This document shows positions 15,649-27,857 of a stretch of DNA of 64,000 nt, in pieces; positions within the stretch are counted from its first letter, which is position 1; every line of letters starts with the position of its first letter. The notes beneath the pieces were generated by a model. The model did not search any database. It was not told the DNA's origin and was given only the letters and a program-made list of their open reading frames with translations. Source of the DNA: Paragordius varius. Lineage: Eukaryota; Animalia; Nematomorpha. Location of the stretch: positions 7,006,001 through 7,070,000 of the forward strand of contig OZ176055.1 in NCBI GenBank assembly GCA_964247055.1, read 5' to 3'. The translations under genes were made by a program, and so were the position numbers.

Positions 15649-15916
15649 CCATTTACATTCAAAATCACCCTCGAACAATTCAAATTCACCCTAAATAAAT
15701 TATGCGTTTTTTAGGAGATTAAAAATTACCTTTATTTTTAAAAATGCTTGAAAATTAATAAATTGCTGTAAAATTAATAAATTATGTTGTAAAAATATAT
15801 TTCATGTTTAAGAGAAGTTATTTAGCACGAAAACACAATTTATTTTTAGGGTGAATTTGATTGTTCGAGGGGGAATTCGAATTGGTCGAGGGTAAATTTG
15901 AATGAATTGTACATGG
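15649..15916. mobile_element. MITE, CCATTT family A
   Basis: TATA|CCATTTAC left end, GTACATGG|TA right end, inverted 21-bp ttcaaattcaccc repeats. Confidence 0.85.
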
Positions 15917-16042
15917 TATCATTTATAACGACTAACTTAATTTAATAAAAATTATTAGACAATGAAAAATATTACCGAAAATTAATAATTAATTTTTATA
16001 AAATAAATACGCATTTAGTCTTTACTATTCATTATTAATATA

Positions 16043-16177
16043 TCAATATTCAGTCAAAAGCCACATTAACCGCAACATTTAGGCAAAAGGCAGCATTTTT
16101 CGTCCGTTTGATTTAAAAAATGTTGCGTTTGCTTGTTGCGTTTAAATGAAAAAATGTTGCTTTTGACTGAAAAATGG
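16043..16177. mobile_element. Small palindromic MITE with CCATTT-type right end
   Basis: Inverted ends cagtcaaaagc.acatt / aatgttgcttttgactg followed by aaaaatgg|tata; left terminus degenerate. Confidence 0.6.
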
Positions 16178-16730
16178 TATAATAGTGCATTCATCTCTTA
16201 GTTATATCATTCTAGAAGATTTTTTATATATTAATAATCCAAGCAAAAGTTTGATCTTAATTTTTCACCCCTTAATTTATGGCATCCAGGACATGTATAC
16301 ACGCCTTCCACCCCCTTACTAGGCAGCTAATGGTAGTTGAATTTTTTTCAAAAAAAATTTTTTTCCGTTTAGAAGCTTAACTATATTAATATTTTCAAAA
16401 AACTAAATCGGTCTCGTTTGTTCTTTCGGAAATCTACCATTGTACAAATAATAAAATTATTGAGTTGGTCATCCGATTTCAGTGAGGAGTTATACGGAGT
16501 ATAATATAATTATTTTTAAGCGAAATATGGGGGTTTTTACTTGTAAATTATTGAATAATACTTTAATAAAAAATACTTCTACAATATTAAAACCCTCTAA
16601 TCTAAATGAGATTTATCAAATTTTCCAATAAATTTAATTGATCCTGTTCGAGCTAGAATTAAATGGAGTAATATTACATAAATGTATATCCAAGAATCTT
16701 ATAAGATATTTGAATTGCCATCCTTTAAAG

Positions 16731-17001
16731 CAGAGGAGGCCAACAAGCGGCGCAGCCCGCGAAAATTTTTATATCCATAAATTTCAAAAATATGCTCACA
16801 AAATTAAAATAATTATATCTCAAACAATTTTTTAATTTGTCTATTCAATTGGCAAGAACTAGTAAAAATTGTTATATTGTGTTTGCATTTTACAGTCTTA
16901 TATTTGAAATATAATATATATATATATATGAATGCCCATATATATATATAAATATATATTTCAAATGCGATCCGCGAAGCTTTTTATGTTGAACACCGCT
17001 G
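16731..17001. mobile_element. hAT (Buster-type) MITE
   Basis: Perfect 8-bp TSD ctttaaag at 16723-16730 and 17002-17009; ends cagaggaggccaac / gttgaacaccgctg; interior similar to 37620-37882. Confidence 0.9.
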
Positions 17002-17793
17002 CTTTAAAGCCAATATCTAGCTTCAGGAAAAATTATTTGACCGTTTTTCTAAACGTTTAATCAAAGCGTATTAATTCAATAGGTATAATTTCAAATCTTA
17101 TTCAGCACATTAATGCGATATTTGTGTTAGCAGAAAAATAAAAATTACTTTTTTCTTCTATTTTTGCCTAATTTTTATTCTGATATTCCTCCCTCACATT
17201 GTATAATAAAAATAAAAAAATGGCAGATTTCTATATAAACTATGCGTATCTGACCAAAAGAGCTATGGAATTTTAAATATTTGGGTCCAAATGAAACATA
17301 AATCATATCTTGGCAAGATTAGATACACTTAAGTGTTTTAGCCATTATACTTGAGTAATTTTTATATATCCTATTAATCTATAAACACAATTGCTGATAA
17401 TCTCAATACACCACAATGGTCCATTGTTTATTTTCTTTTTGGTTTAAATGACAATTTGATGCCAGACAAACATTTAAAATATTGAATCACAAAAGTCATT
17501 TCCGTCAATTCGTATATTGGTATCAAAAATATATTATTATTTAATATCAAAAACAATCCTTGTATCTAATTTTTGGTTGATTAGTCATTTATGAAAAAGA
17601 AGAAATACTTGGCTATCGTATATATTTTATTATTTATATAACAGTATGTATGGTTTCTAATCTTTGAACAATAGGGGTTGTTGTAGTAAAGCAAAAAAAT
17701 ATAAAAGCCATATTTGATACATAAAGCATACCATTTGCCATAAAATTTTTTTTATAAAACGCATTTTTTGAAATTGGTTCACTATAATAAATT

Positions 17794-20700
17794 ATGGTAT
17801 CACTAAAATTACATTACTTATTCCTAACTCTTGCCGTTTTACCATGTTTGACAAGTTCGAATGTGATTTCAGGTAATTTTTAAGTTATATATTGAAAGAT
17901 ATTCAATTTCTTGTTGAAGAACCCATATTGGATTATGTTGTAAGACACCTCATTAATGATCCTCTTGCATCTAATGGAAAATTCGCTTCAGCTTGCAAAA
18001 CAGAATCTCGTACGATTTTTACCAATTGTTTGAAATGCATTCGACAAAGTTGCAAGTAATTATTTGTTATTTTAAACAAGGCCACACTTACTTTTGATTT
18101 TCTAATTTTTTTTTATATTTTTATTTTACCAAGTGTAAATTACAAATAAATTGGAAAACTACTATATTTTAGCTGTTTTTACTGGTTGCAAACTATCTTA
18201 AAATCGATTAATTTTTATCTTTCCTATTGGTCGTTTCTTTTTATAAAATACGATTACAGGAACGAGAGCTATCATTGGTTAGGTAAGAGAAATCAATTAA
18301 TATATCTGCCATGTGTGAGATTTTTCGTTTTAATACTTACATTTTTATGGAAAAATACAGTAACTAATAAAATGGAAAATAACATACATGACAAGAATTA
18401 AATTCCCTTACAATAAATAACGAAATGGCCAATAACTATGGTTACTGTATCATTCCGACTTTGGTAAACCTAGTTATTTTAATTCTGTTCTTTATTTTCC
18501 CTTTTTCACGCACCCTTGGTCTGATTAGAAAAACAGTTTGCAATCCTATTGGTCAAAAATCCGGAGGATTTGACAAAGGATCTCAATCCGCTAACGGTCA
18601 AAAATATTTAAGAGGGCAGTTTCGAAAAAAGAGGGACACTATTAAAAGTATTATTTAATAAAACTTTCTCGCCTATTGTAAATTTGATGATCACTAATAG
18701 TATTTTTGCACCGTTATTTTAACTTTTGTTCTTATATATTGATTACTAATGAAAGGTGTTAAGGAAAAGACTCAAAAATTTTACGACATGATTACAAATC
18801 ATATTACCGAGAATATTACCTTGCCCTTTTCACATCACCTCGTTTTAAATTGCCCAAGTGCCGAAGTAAACTTTATTCCTTAGCTTATTGTGCGTTGAAT
18901 TAATTTATTTTCGTATACATATATTAAAATTATTAAAATATATATTTTGTAAATTTGTTGTAGGACCCAAAATGTTTAAAATCTTTGAAAGAAAGTTTTA
19001 AAGATTTGAAGCAGAGACTCGAAACTTATTCACCTGTATATAAAAACGGGAGACGAATTGGGGAATTGTCCGTTTCAGCTATAACGCAAGGCATATATAC
19101 TTTAACTCGAGTCATTGATACAATCGCTACGTGTAAGGATTTGGAAGAGTGCAAAAAGGAACTTCTTGAAACATTATCTGTCGGACGGGAAAATGAAAGT
19201 TTGTAAAATATTTAATTATACTGATTAAGGCTCCATTTAAAACATTCAAAGTTATATTTACATTTTTCATTGAGCGAAATAAAAAATCGTAAATTTTGCG
19301 CAAATTGGGCTATTGCCAATTATTTATTATTCATACATATTGGAAAATGACTCTTAAAACTTAAATGACAAAGCAGTGATCGGGCAAAAATGTTTGTGTG
19401 CGAAATCCTAAGTCAATTAAAAAGTTTAATTACATCATAATATTTTTGCTGAAACTCTTAGGTTTAAAAATATTTTTAGCAAAACGCGTAAAAATAAAAT
19501 ATAATAAATTATTATTTTTTCCGTATCTAACGCGTTTGACCAAATAAATTATCTTTAAAATTCTTAAATGCTTACTACAAGCTCTTTGAACATCCTAGCG
19601 TTTTTTTATCGGAAATGGGGTACAACAATTTTATAATTATTATAAATATTTCTTTGCAAATTCGCAGGCCACAATAAAGACATCACTATTTTGGAGTTAA
19701 ACCCTTTATCAATATATTCGTCTTAACTTTGGTTATATGAAAATTGATAAAAAAAATTGTTCATAAGTTTTTTTTGAATGTACATAGTATTAGATATTAA
19801 AATTTATTATATACTTTCTCTACTAAGAGTTTTTGATTTAACATTTTTGGATTACATTAGTATATTTTCTAAACTTTATTTTTTATCATATTTTTAGTGT
19901 TATAATATATTTTTTTAATGCCGAATTTATCATTAAAATCATACCCATTTTAGAGGGAATTTTCGCAGAAATTAAAGAATCCATTGTAGATCTGTTTGCC
20001 GCAATCTTACAAAGCGATGCAATGAAGTCAATTCGAAAAACTCTTCATAACTGGTATAACAAAGCGCGACAATCTATCCGTAATATATTTCATAGTATAA
20101 AAAGTATTCTTTTGCATGACATATATTTTTAACCAAAATTCTTCTCTTAATCCATATTTGCACGTTTTGTACTAACATTAAGTGTCAAAAAAAGTTTTGT
20201 CTAAATTACTTTTTAACATGCATGTTGTATAAATGTTGATTTTTATATTTCATTTGTATTATATATTTAGTCAACATTCAAAACATCTTCCAATCATCAG
20301 AAACACTTTCGCACAATGCAGAAATAGTCGAGACAGTACATTATACGTTGGCATCTGCCATTTATCCTGCCTCAAATCCTAGAACTACCAAAGATTATCC
20401 CCTAAACTCTGTAAAACCAAACAGGAATTTTAAACCTTCCGTAGATTATGAATTCGTGGACCCAGGCGAGACTTATTACAATAGCATCGATCAAAACTCG
20501 ATAATTCCTAATAGGATAAAAAGATTTGCCAGTAATTTCATTTCAATATTAAATTTATTATCTATCTCTGTATATACTGGAAAATACGGATATTTTTTTT
20601 ATATTTTAGAAGATGATCTAACTATTGGACAGAACTTACTGTGTTTACAGTCACACAATAATACCACTTGTATATATCCAGAATATAGTTGCAAAACTTT

Positions 20701-21113
20701 GTGCATTATTTCTGAGATTTGTGGAAAAAAATTGAAATCTGCTGTGGCCATAGATAAAAAACTTTTGGAAAAAAATCTGCAATGGCCAATTTTTAGAATT
20801 TTACAGGTTGATTTCCGTTGAATGAGTTCCTATTTTCAATAATGTTTGTCACCATAAAAATTATGATCTAATTTATTTATATCTAATTTTCCCTTAGCTA
20901 AAAATGGAAAATGTCAGCAAAATATCAGATTTTTTGGGAAAGAAACGAATAAAACTTGACCCAACGGAAGGAACACCAATATTTTTTGAATATATTTTAT
21001 TTGGGCAAAAATATTCATCGGAGCATGTTTTGCCTTCCCAAAACTCTAGCATTCGAGACTTGGAAAGTGTTTTAGGCCATATCGTTATTGAACGATTAGT
21101 TAAATTGTTTTAA
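17794..21113 (+). CDS. Secreted Cys-motif glycoprotein, clusterin-like (9-exon model, 467 aa)
   Basis: Exons 17794-17872, 17899-18055, 18260-18282, 18756-18865, 18964-19198, 19954-20079, 20271-20531, 20610-20806, 20898-21113; all GT-AG with compatible phases. Signal-peptide-like N-terminus, C-x10-C-x2-C-x4-C motif, RIKR site, five-Cys second motif containing HNNTTC. Gene presence is well supported; family assignment is by eye and exon 3 is the least certain. Confidence 0.65.
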
Positions 21114-21792
21114 ATATATATTACTTTTAATAGTAATTTTGCTTTATGAGCTATTTCAAAAATAATCAAAATTAATAAATCTATATTGTTTTTCGATATT
21201 GTTGCTAAAAAATGACGTTTGTGGATTTTGAAATAAAACGTTTTTATAAAAATAGGTGCTATAATAAAATACGCCAAAATTCGAAAGAAAACAATAAAAT
21301 TGTTAATAAATATGAGACATCTGGTTTAAATATGACTTACTGAAGTAAAAAATAATTCGTTAAAAAACTTTTAGTCTTTCTATGTCAGTTATTTTACATA
21401 ATGCCTAATTTTATTAACCTTAGAATAAAAATAACCAACCGTTTGTGTCACTAATAAAACTTTCGTCTCGCAGTAGGCGGAATACAAAAGGGTTCTTTCG
21501 CATTAAGTATATATTTATAAAGTGAGAAAATTTGGAAAAAATATTTAATATCAACAGTTGCATTATATTAATCCCCTAGTCTTAGAATATTTATCAAAAA
21601 AAAAATTTTTTAGGTTGAGAAGATATTGAAAAAATTAAGGGAATTAAAAGATAAAAAAATATCGAAATACATTAAAGATTAAAAGTGTATATGGTAAAAA
21701 TGATTAAAAAAAATTAGTATCCGATTATTATTTAAGTAAAATTATTTTTTCGGTTAAAATATTTATCTAATCTCTGATAGAAAAAAATTGCT

Positions 21793-21798
21793 AAAAAA
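21793..21798 (-). terminator. Pol III oligo-T terminator of tRNA-Ala
   Basis: T6 run one base after the tRNA 3' end on the minus strand. Confidence 0.7.
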
Positions 21799-21799
21799 T

Positions 21800-21872
21800 T
21801 GGAGGATAGGGGCATCGATCCCCTTACCTCTCGCATGCTAAGCGAGCGCTCTACCATATGAGCTAATCCCCC
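21800..21872 (-). tRNA. trnA-AGC: tRNA-Ala, anticodon AGC
   Basis: Reverse complement GGGGGATTAGCTCATATGGTAGAGCGCTCGCTTAGCATGCGAGAGGTAAGGGGATCGATGCCCCTATCCTCCA; 73 nt, all stems pair, G3:U70 alanine identity pair. Confidence 0.97.
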
Positions 21873-22057
21873 GATGAACCTATTCAGCTATATGTACACT
21901 TATAAATTTTATTATAAAAGATCGGAAAAAAATTATCTTTAGGCTTTGTTAACTTTTAAAGATTAACAGTTTGATGATATATTAAAGCATTTATGAACTC
22001 AATACTAACAAAAAATTAATTTATCATTTATTATATTTAATAATAATTTTTGTCAAT

Positions 22058-22513
22058 TTATCTATCACCACCAAGAAATCCCTATAATTAAAAGCATTAA
22101 AACTTTAGCTCTTTTAAGTATAGAATCTTTATTTGGATCGTATGGCATGTCTTTTGAGGGAATTTCCAAAACAACTGGTAAAATTTTATTGTAAGAATCA
22201 ATTAAATGTCTGATCATTTCTGCAATCTGCAAAATATAAGTAGTTTACACATTTTGGCTGATCAAAATTATGGCAATATCATCTCTTGACGTAAAGGTTT
22301 TAAAAGTTTCTTCTAATTCAGGAATTGATGTGTCTAAAATAATATAAACACATACTTTTATTAACGACAAAAAAATTCGATTGATGATTTTTATTTAATT
22401 CTCCAATTCCACCTAATAAAAAACCAACGCATGTATCCTACAATATTATATGAACTTACTTCATCACCTATAATTGAAATCAACTTGGATTTAGCTGCTG
22501 TTATGTTTGTCAT
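22058..22513 (-). CDS. ATP6V1F: V-type proton ATPase subunit F (121 aa, 5 exons)
   Basis: Exons 22513-22460, 22437-22356, 22333-22251, 22226-22104, 22081-22058; introns 22, 22, 24, 22 nt. Product [76 protein letters not shown]. Confidence 0.97.
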
Positions 22514-22619
22514 TTTCGGGGGCGTAGTACGCTTTAGGCAAACATGTCTTTACGATATGATTAAAATCATTCCATATTTTGTTTTAAAGTATATTTTCTG
22601 GAAAAATATAATTTATAAC

Positions 22620-25600
22620 AATCAATCAAAAAAATTATGTAAAGTAATGCTGTATAATAACAGCAACCCACTTGCCTTGTTTTCTTTAAAAATATTAATT
22701 GATGATGATATTCCAACTAAAATCCTGTGGAAACCTTAATAACTATATTCTGCAAGGTGTATCGGCCTTATTTCACATTTCTTTCATCCCATATATTATT
22801 AAGAATAGAAAACTTAATGTAGAGCTATGCCAAAAATTTTTGAAATCGATCTTGCCCAAATAATAAATTCGTTTTCCTATGCGCCGGTTCATAAATCTCT
22901 TCCCTTTTCAACGAAGTAAGCCAGTGATACTCAAACCGCTGGCCGCATGCGGCTATAAGAGTGCTATAAAATTGCCCTATGGCCATATTGATACCCAATT
23001 TTTTTTATTGATGAATTTCTAAAATACACATAAGCGAATTTTCGCTTATTTTAATATTAATTTATTTTATTTAGATTCATAATTGGTAATTTATATTTTT
23101 ACCGAATATGAAATGTAGAAATATTTCTACGGATTTCAAAGTTTTGGCACACTTGTTTTTGTTTCTGTATTCTATTTTCTTTTCTATTTTCAAATTTTTT
23201 TCTCCCAAACTTGCGTATACATATTCTTTTTATTGCTATCCTGCATCATTTTTTATAACTCATTCCCATAAAATATTTAAATCAACATTATTCAATTTCG
23301 ACCTGTCTTTTATAGCATAATGTAAATTATATTCCCATTTTTTAAAAAATTTACGTAATATTCAAAGGATGACATCTAATGCTAAAAACGTAAATCATCC
23401 GATGATAATCACTCCTTTATAAAAGAATGAAAAAATTCTTTGTAAATTAAATAAAAATGTTGTTACCTGCCTTATATGTAGGTACAACATAATTATAAAA
23501 AAATACAATATTGAAAGACATACAGTCCATCATTCTCATAAACCAAAAAATTATGAAGAAAGAAACGAAAATTATAAATTAAGGAATTATAAAAATCTAT
23601 TATGTCCATAGCTTTCGCCCATGAAAAAGCTGTTTCATTATCCACGTATGAACTTTGTTATATTTTAGAAAAATATATGAAACCGTTTACTGATTCCCAA
23701 CTATTTGAATGTCGAATAAATGGTGGCACTTTTTGATTTGATAAATTCCATAATAAAGATCAAATCATGAGACGATTACAAAACTTCAACTTTCTGATTC
23801 AACATGTGCTAGATGCATTGAAAATATGTCTAAATATATTTTTAACAATACATCATTGGATCTGAAAAACTACTTTAGTATTGCTTTATTCTAGCACTGA
23901 TATTAGTACAAAACCTCAAAGTGCGCTCTTCGTGAGATTTTGCAACGACAATATAATCGACGAGGAATATTTAAAATATTTACCAATGAATAATACCACG
24001 AAAGGAAGTGGTTTTTTCGAAATAATTAGCACTTTTTTCGATATAATGGAATAGCTATGAAAAAAATAGTTTCGATCTGCACAGATGGCTGTGCCTCTAT
24101 GATTGGAATAGACAAAGGATTTATTCCTGAAAAACAAATATAATTTGCAAAATATATTATCCTTTTACTGCTTTATTCATCAGCAAAACTTGATTTCGCG
24201 TGTAAAAAAGGAATCACTTAATTTGGTAATTAAAACGGTTTTGGATATGGTTAACCACATTCGTGGCAAATAATTCAACCGCCGTAAATTCAAAAACCTT
24301 TTAAAAAATATCCGCAGTGTGTTTGACAATATTCGTTTGTACACCGCTGTAAGATGGCTAAGCCTTAGCAAAGTATAAAATTATGTTTTAGGACATGAAA
24401 TTCTATTATTTTAAAAGATAACAGGAAATTGACGAAGAAAATAGTGCCAAATGGTGTGTTTTATTAGCCCACCTTTCCGACATTAATTATAAACTTAGTT
24501 TTTTTACGATTCTTCAAGGGAGAAAAATAATAACCAAATACCTAATCAAATATTTGCTTTTGAAGAAAACAAGATTTCATAAATAAAACACACCTATATT
24601 TTCCAACACTTAAAACGATTCATGAAGGAAATATGGAATTTACCGCGGATATTATTTAATAATAGATAATCATTTAGCAATTTTATCTAATAAGATGAAA
24701 CTCATATTTTAAGAATTAGAAATATTAAAAATTGCTTAAAACTTGTTGAAAATCCATGGCATATGGATATATCCAATATTAAGCAAATTGAGAATTTTGG
24801 TTATGATTGGCGCATATCATTGAAGGATTCGTAGATTTTAAAAATGATTCCAATTTGGAGGCTATATTCAAGGAGAATCGTAGAGAAGAAAGATATGTAG
24901 GGTTTCGGCAAGATGTGCCAAATGAATAAGAAAATATAAAAAAATGTGCTCAAGTTATCCTAACTGTTTTTCTCTCAACTTACACGCGTACGGCATATTC
25001 AAAAATAAAGTGTGCCAAATCATACGGAAATCGATTAACCGATGATCATATGGACGACGTATTAAGATTGGGCTGTCATAATGCGAAACCAAATTTGTCA
25101 AAAATGATTGGTTAAATAAATGTTGATATCAATACTTTAATTTTTTGAACTAAATGGTGCGAAACGAGTTATTAGCTAAATTTACATGCGATCCGCAAAA
25201 AATTCATTTTAGTGTAGAGTATAAATATGTGAATATGTGTCTAATAGCTATGGAATTGCCTTTATAAGGTTCATGGCCCTCGAAAAAAAATTATTTGGCC
25301 CGTCAAATTTTTTTGGTGAGTACTACTGACGTAAGCTCTACCAATATATGCGCGTGCAACAATATCGTAAACTCTTCCTTTTCACTTCAACGAAAATCGC
25401 TTCCATTTTATTAATCCTTTGACCTCAATACACTACCGTTGCTGGCTCATGTTTAGCAAAGTCTGCATTCGCTTTCAAAGATTGGAAACTTGGAATACAC
25501 TAATTTGTGTCTAATATTATTCATACTATTGGGATTTTCATCGATTGCCACTTTCCTCTATTTATTGGTTTGTAAATTATAACCTTAAGATAACCTGTGA

Positions 25601-26253
25601 TATTTTATTCGTTAAACCTTAGCCGAGCGAATACTCTTAGGTCATGTGTTCATTACATTTGTGGCCTACATATGGAGTTTCAGTCCCTTTCTATTATCCG
25701 TCCTTGGTAATTTTAAATGCTATATATAACCACATAAATTTCGTTCATACTTACCCATAGTGCATTTAAAAATATGTCGAAAAACTCTTATTTTTTTAAT
25801 TTATCATATGGAAGTATCTGTCACCATAATTATTATTTGAAACCATCATTTTGGTGTGTAGTAAAAAACAGTGGGAGCCTAGAATAATACAAGGCTACCT
25901 TAAAAGATTTGATTCTGTTCTTTTTGCATATAAAAGTCATTAGCTTTTAAAATCTTAAATTTTGTGGTCACATTGGATAGGAAAATAAACCCAAAACATT
26001 GATTATCGCATTATTCATAAATTAGTAATATAATCTAACATAGATATTTATATTCCTGAAAAAAGAATGTGGAATTAAAAAGACATAAAATATTGTATTT
26101 TGGATTTATAATACCTTGTTGTTTTATGCCGGCCCCCGTTTTTTCAAAAAAAACATATGAATAATTTCGATCGCCAAAATAGAAAAAATATTTTTGAGTA
26201 AAATTATCTGGATATTTTATGCATACGGATAAAAATACCAAATATAATTATTT
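22620..26253 (-). pseudogene. Probable decayed multi-exon gene (possibly a surface or secreted protein) interrupted by the hAT element
   Basis: Begins ATG AAA TAA then LYLVFLSVCIKY; coding-like segments with splice-like sites and several stops; a reading frame (EFTILLHAHILVELTSLKREEIYEPAHRKTNLLFGQDRF) continues across the hAT TSD. No intact model could be built. Confidence 0.35.
22922..25328 (+). mobile_element. Decayed hAT/Buster DNA transposon (GTF2IRD2/EPM2AIP1-like transposase remnants)
   Basis: TIR cagtgatactca / rc cagtagtactca, TSD aagtaagc/acgtaagc. Plus-strand fragments with stops and frameshifts: KPFTDSQL, FSIAL..STDIST..ALFVRF, SICTDGCASMIG, CFIHQQNL, YTAVRWLSLSKV. Confidence 0.92.
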
Positions 26254-26554
26254 CATTATTTATTATTATATTGTGCGTTAACATTCAACATAATTAGAGT
26301 CGGATATATAATGTTATCATACATAAAAATAACCAACAAATAAAGATCACAAAAATAATTAAATTTTTATCAGAATTTAAATTAGGAAAAAAAGTCAATC
26401 ATTTATTGGAAAATTTTTGCCAACTGATGGTTTCATATTTCAAAATATACAGGAATTGGGAAAAGTATTTTTAATATTATCATGATAAACCTCTCATTAT
26501 AAAAATATAATTATTTCCATAACAGAAGATCCCAAGGAAATATATGTGACTTTT

Positions 26555-27745
26555 TCAGGCATCGGAATTCAAAAAAGCTGGTGGAAGACTAATTTGTTCA
26601 CCAGGTTTAAAGGGCGGAAATCCTGAATAAGGGCATGATGAACATCTAAAAGCATCTCCCAAATAGCACTATAATGTATATGGAAAAATCTATTAAATTT
26701 ATTTATATATTTTATGATATATATAACTATATTTAAGCAGACACAGATAAGAGAATTTTTATAAGACAAACAAAGCTAAAATTTATGTTTAAAATAAATT
26801 ATCTTAATCAAAAAATAATCCAAGATATCATAAATTCTTGGATTTAAAAAGTTATAAAATAATGCTTATATTACAGAAAATATTGTTTTAAGAGGTAATA
26901 TATCATATATAACAATATAAATTCTCTGTAACCTTATAAAAATTTTAAAAATGACAAATAAAGATTAACTAACACTATTTTAAAATCTTATTTATGTAAT
27001 AATATATCGATTATTTAAATAAACATTAGCAACTTTTGTAAAAAAAAATAATTAAATTTAATTCCGCGAAAATTTAAGTTATATCACAATTTGGTTATCA
27101 CAAATATTAAGAAAAATTATTTAAAACAATTTTAAATTTATTATTTATTAAATCATAAGATATTTTAAAAAAATATACATTTCCGCAACTACTTTCAGGT
27201 CCATCAACACCAGAAATTGCTTTATTTTTAGATATTTCGTTTTCTATAACTTCTTCAGCTAATCCACAAGTACAATTTTTGCAGGGGCGTTTTTTGGGTT
27301 TTGTAGTTAAAATTGGTTTATCATCTATATTTCATAAAGAAAAAATATGTAATTATAATTATTTGGGCTAGAGATAATTCGAATAAATTTCCAATTAAAA
27401 ATTTTATATTTTATCTCATAATTTAATTGTATGTCACGTATATATATATATGGATAATTATCAGTTCGCCAAATCAAATGTTCTAGTTAAATATAATTAA
27501 AAAATGATAAAAAACTAAAATCGCCTTAATTGTTAAAACAAATTAATTATGAGTATAAAATCTAAGTAAAATAAAATAACCAAATAATTACCTATATTTA
27601 AGGATTCGCCATTTTGTGCTTTCGAATAATAAGTAGGTTTAATATCGTCTGCAGGTGTAATTAAATCGTCAGCGTCAATTAAATCATCATCTACATCTAA
27701 AGCATTTTCCAGGTCGGAACTTTCGATTTTCCAAATTTTACTCAT
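26555..27745 (-). CDS. CIAPIN1: Anamorsin/Dre2, short form (137 aa, 3 exons)
   Basis: Exons 27745-27592, 27324-27179, 26668-26555. Product [63 protein letters not shown]. Confidence 0.95.
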
Positions 27746-27857
27746 TTTATTTTTATTTATGTTGAACCTAACATCATATTGTATCCACTACTGCTGTCAA
27801 TTTAAAATACACACGGTCTGATTTCAACAAATTATTTTTATAATTTTGATCAATAAT
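27746..27857. promoter_or_regulatory. Putative compact bidirectional promoter (112 bp between divergent ATGs)
   Basis: Position only: CIAPIN1 ATG at 27745 (-) and PSME3IP1 ATG at 27858 (+). Confidence 0.55.

Noticed and set aside
17220-17760. Coding-like stretch upstream of the clusterin-like gene
   Set aside because: All frames on both strands are interrupted and I could not rescue one with short introns or recognise a motif; left unannotated.
18186-18658. ORFs 18186-18401 and 18425-18658, and several ATTGG (CCAAT) boxes as a bidirectional promoter
   Set aside because: They fall in introns of the clusterin-like model apart from a 23-nt exon; no divergent gene was found. This would need revisiting if the gene splits at 18749.
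22431-22739. Plus-strand 102-aa ORF
   Set aside because: Antisense to ATP6V1F exon 1 and its upstream region; no recognisable motif.
22700-22900. piggyBac transposase similarity (DRF, DE..V..GR) on the minus strand
   Set aside because: Too few matching residues, no TTAA-flanked ends, and splice-like signals suggest a host gene remnant.
23916-24371. Two minus-strand ORFs
   Set aside because: Antisense shadows of the decayed hAT transposase on the plus strand.
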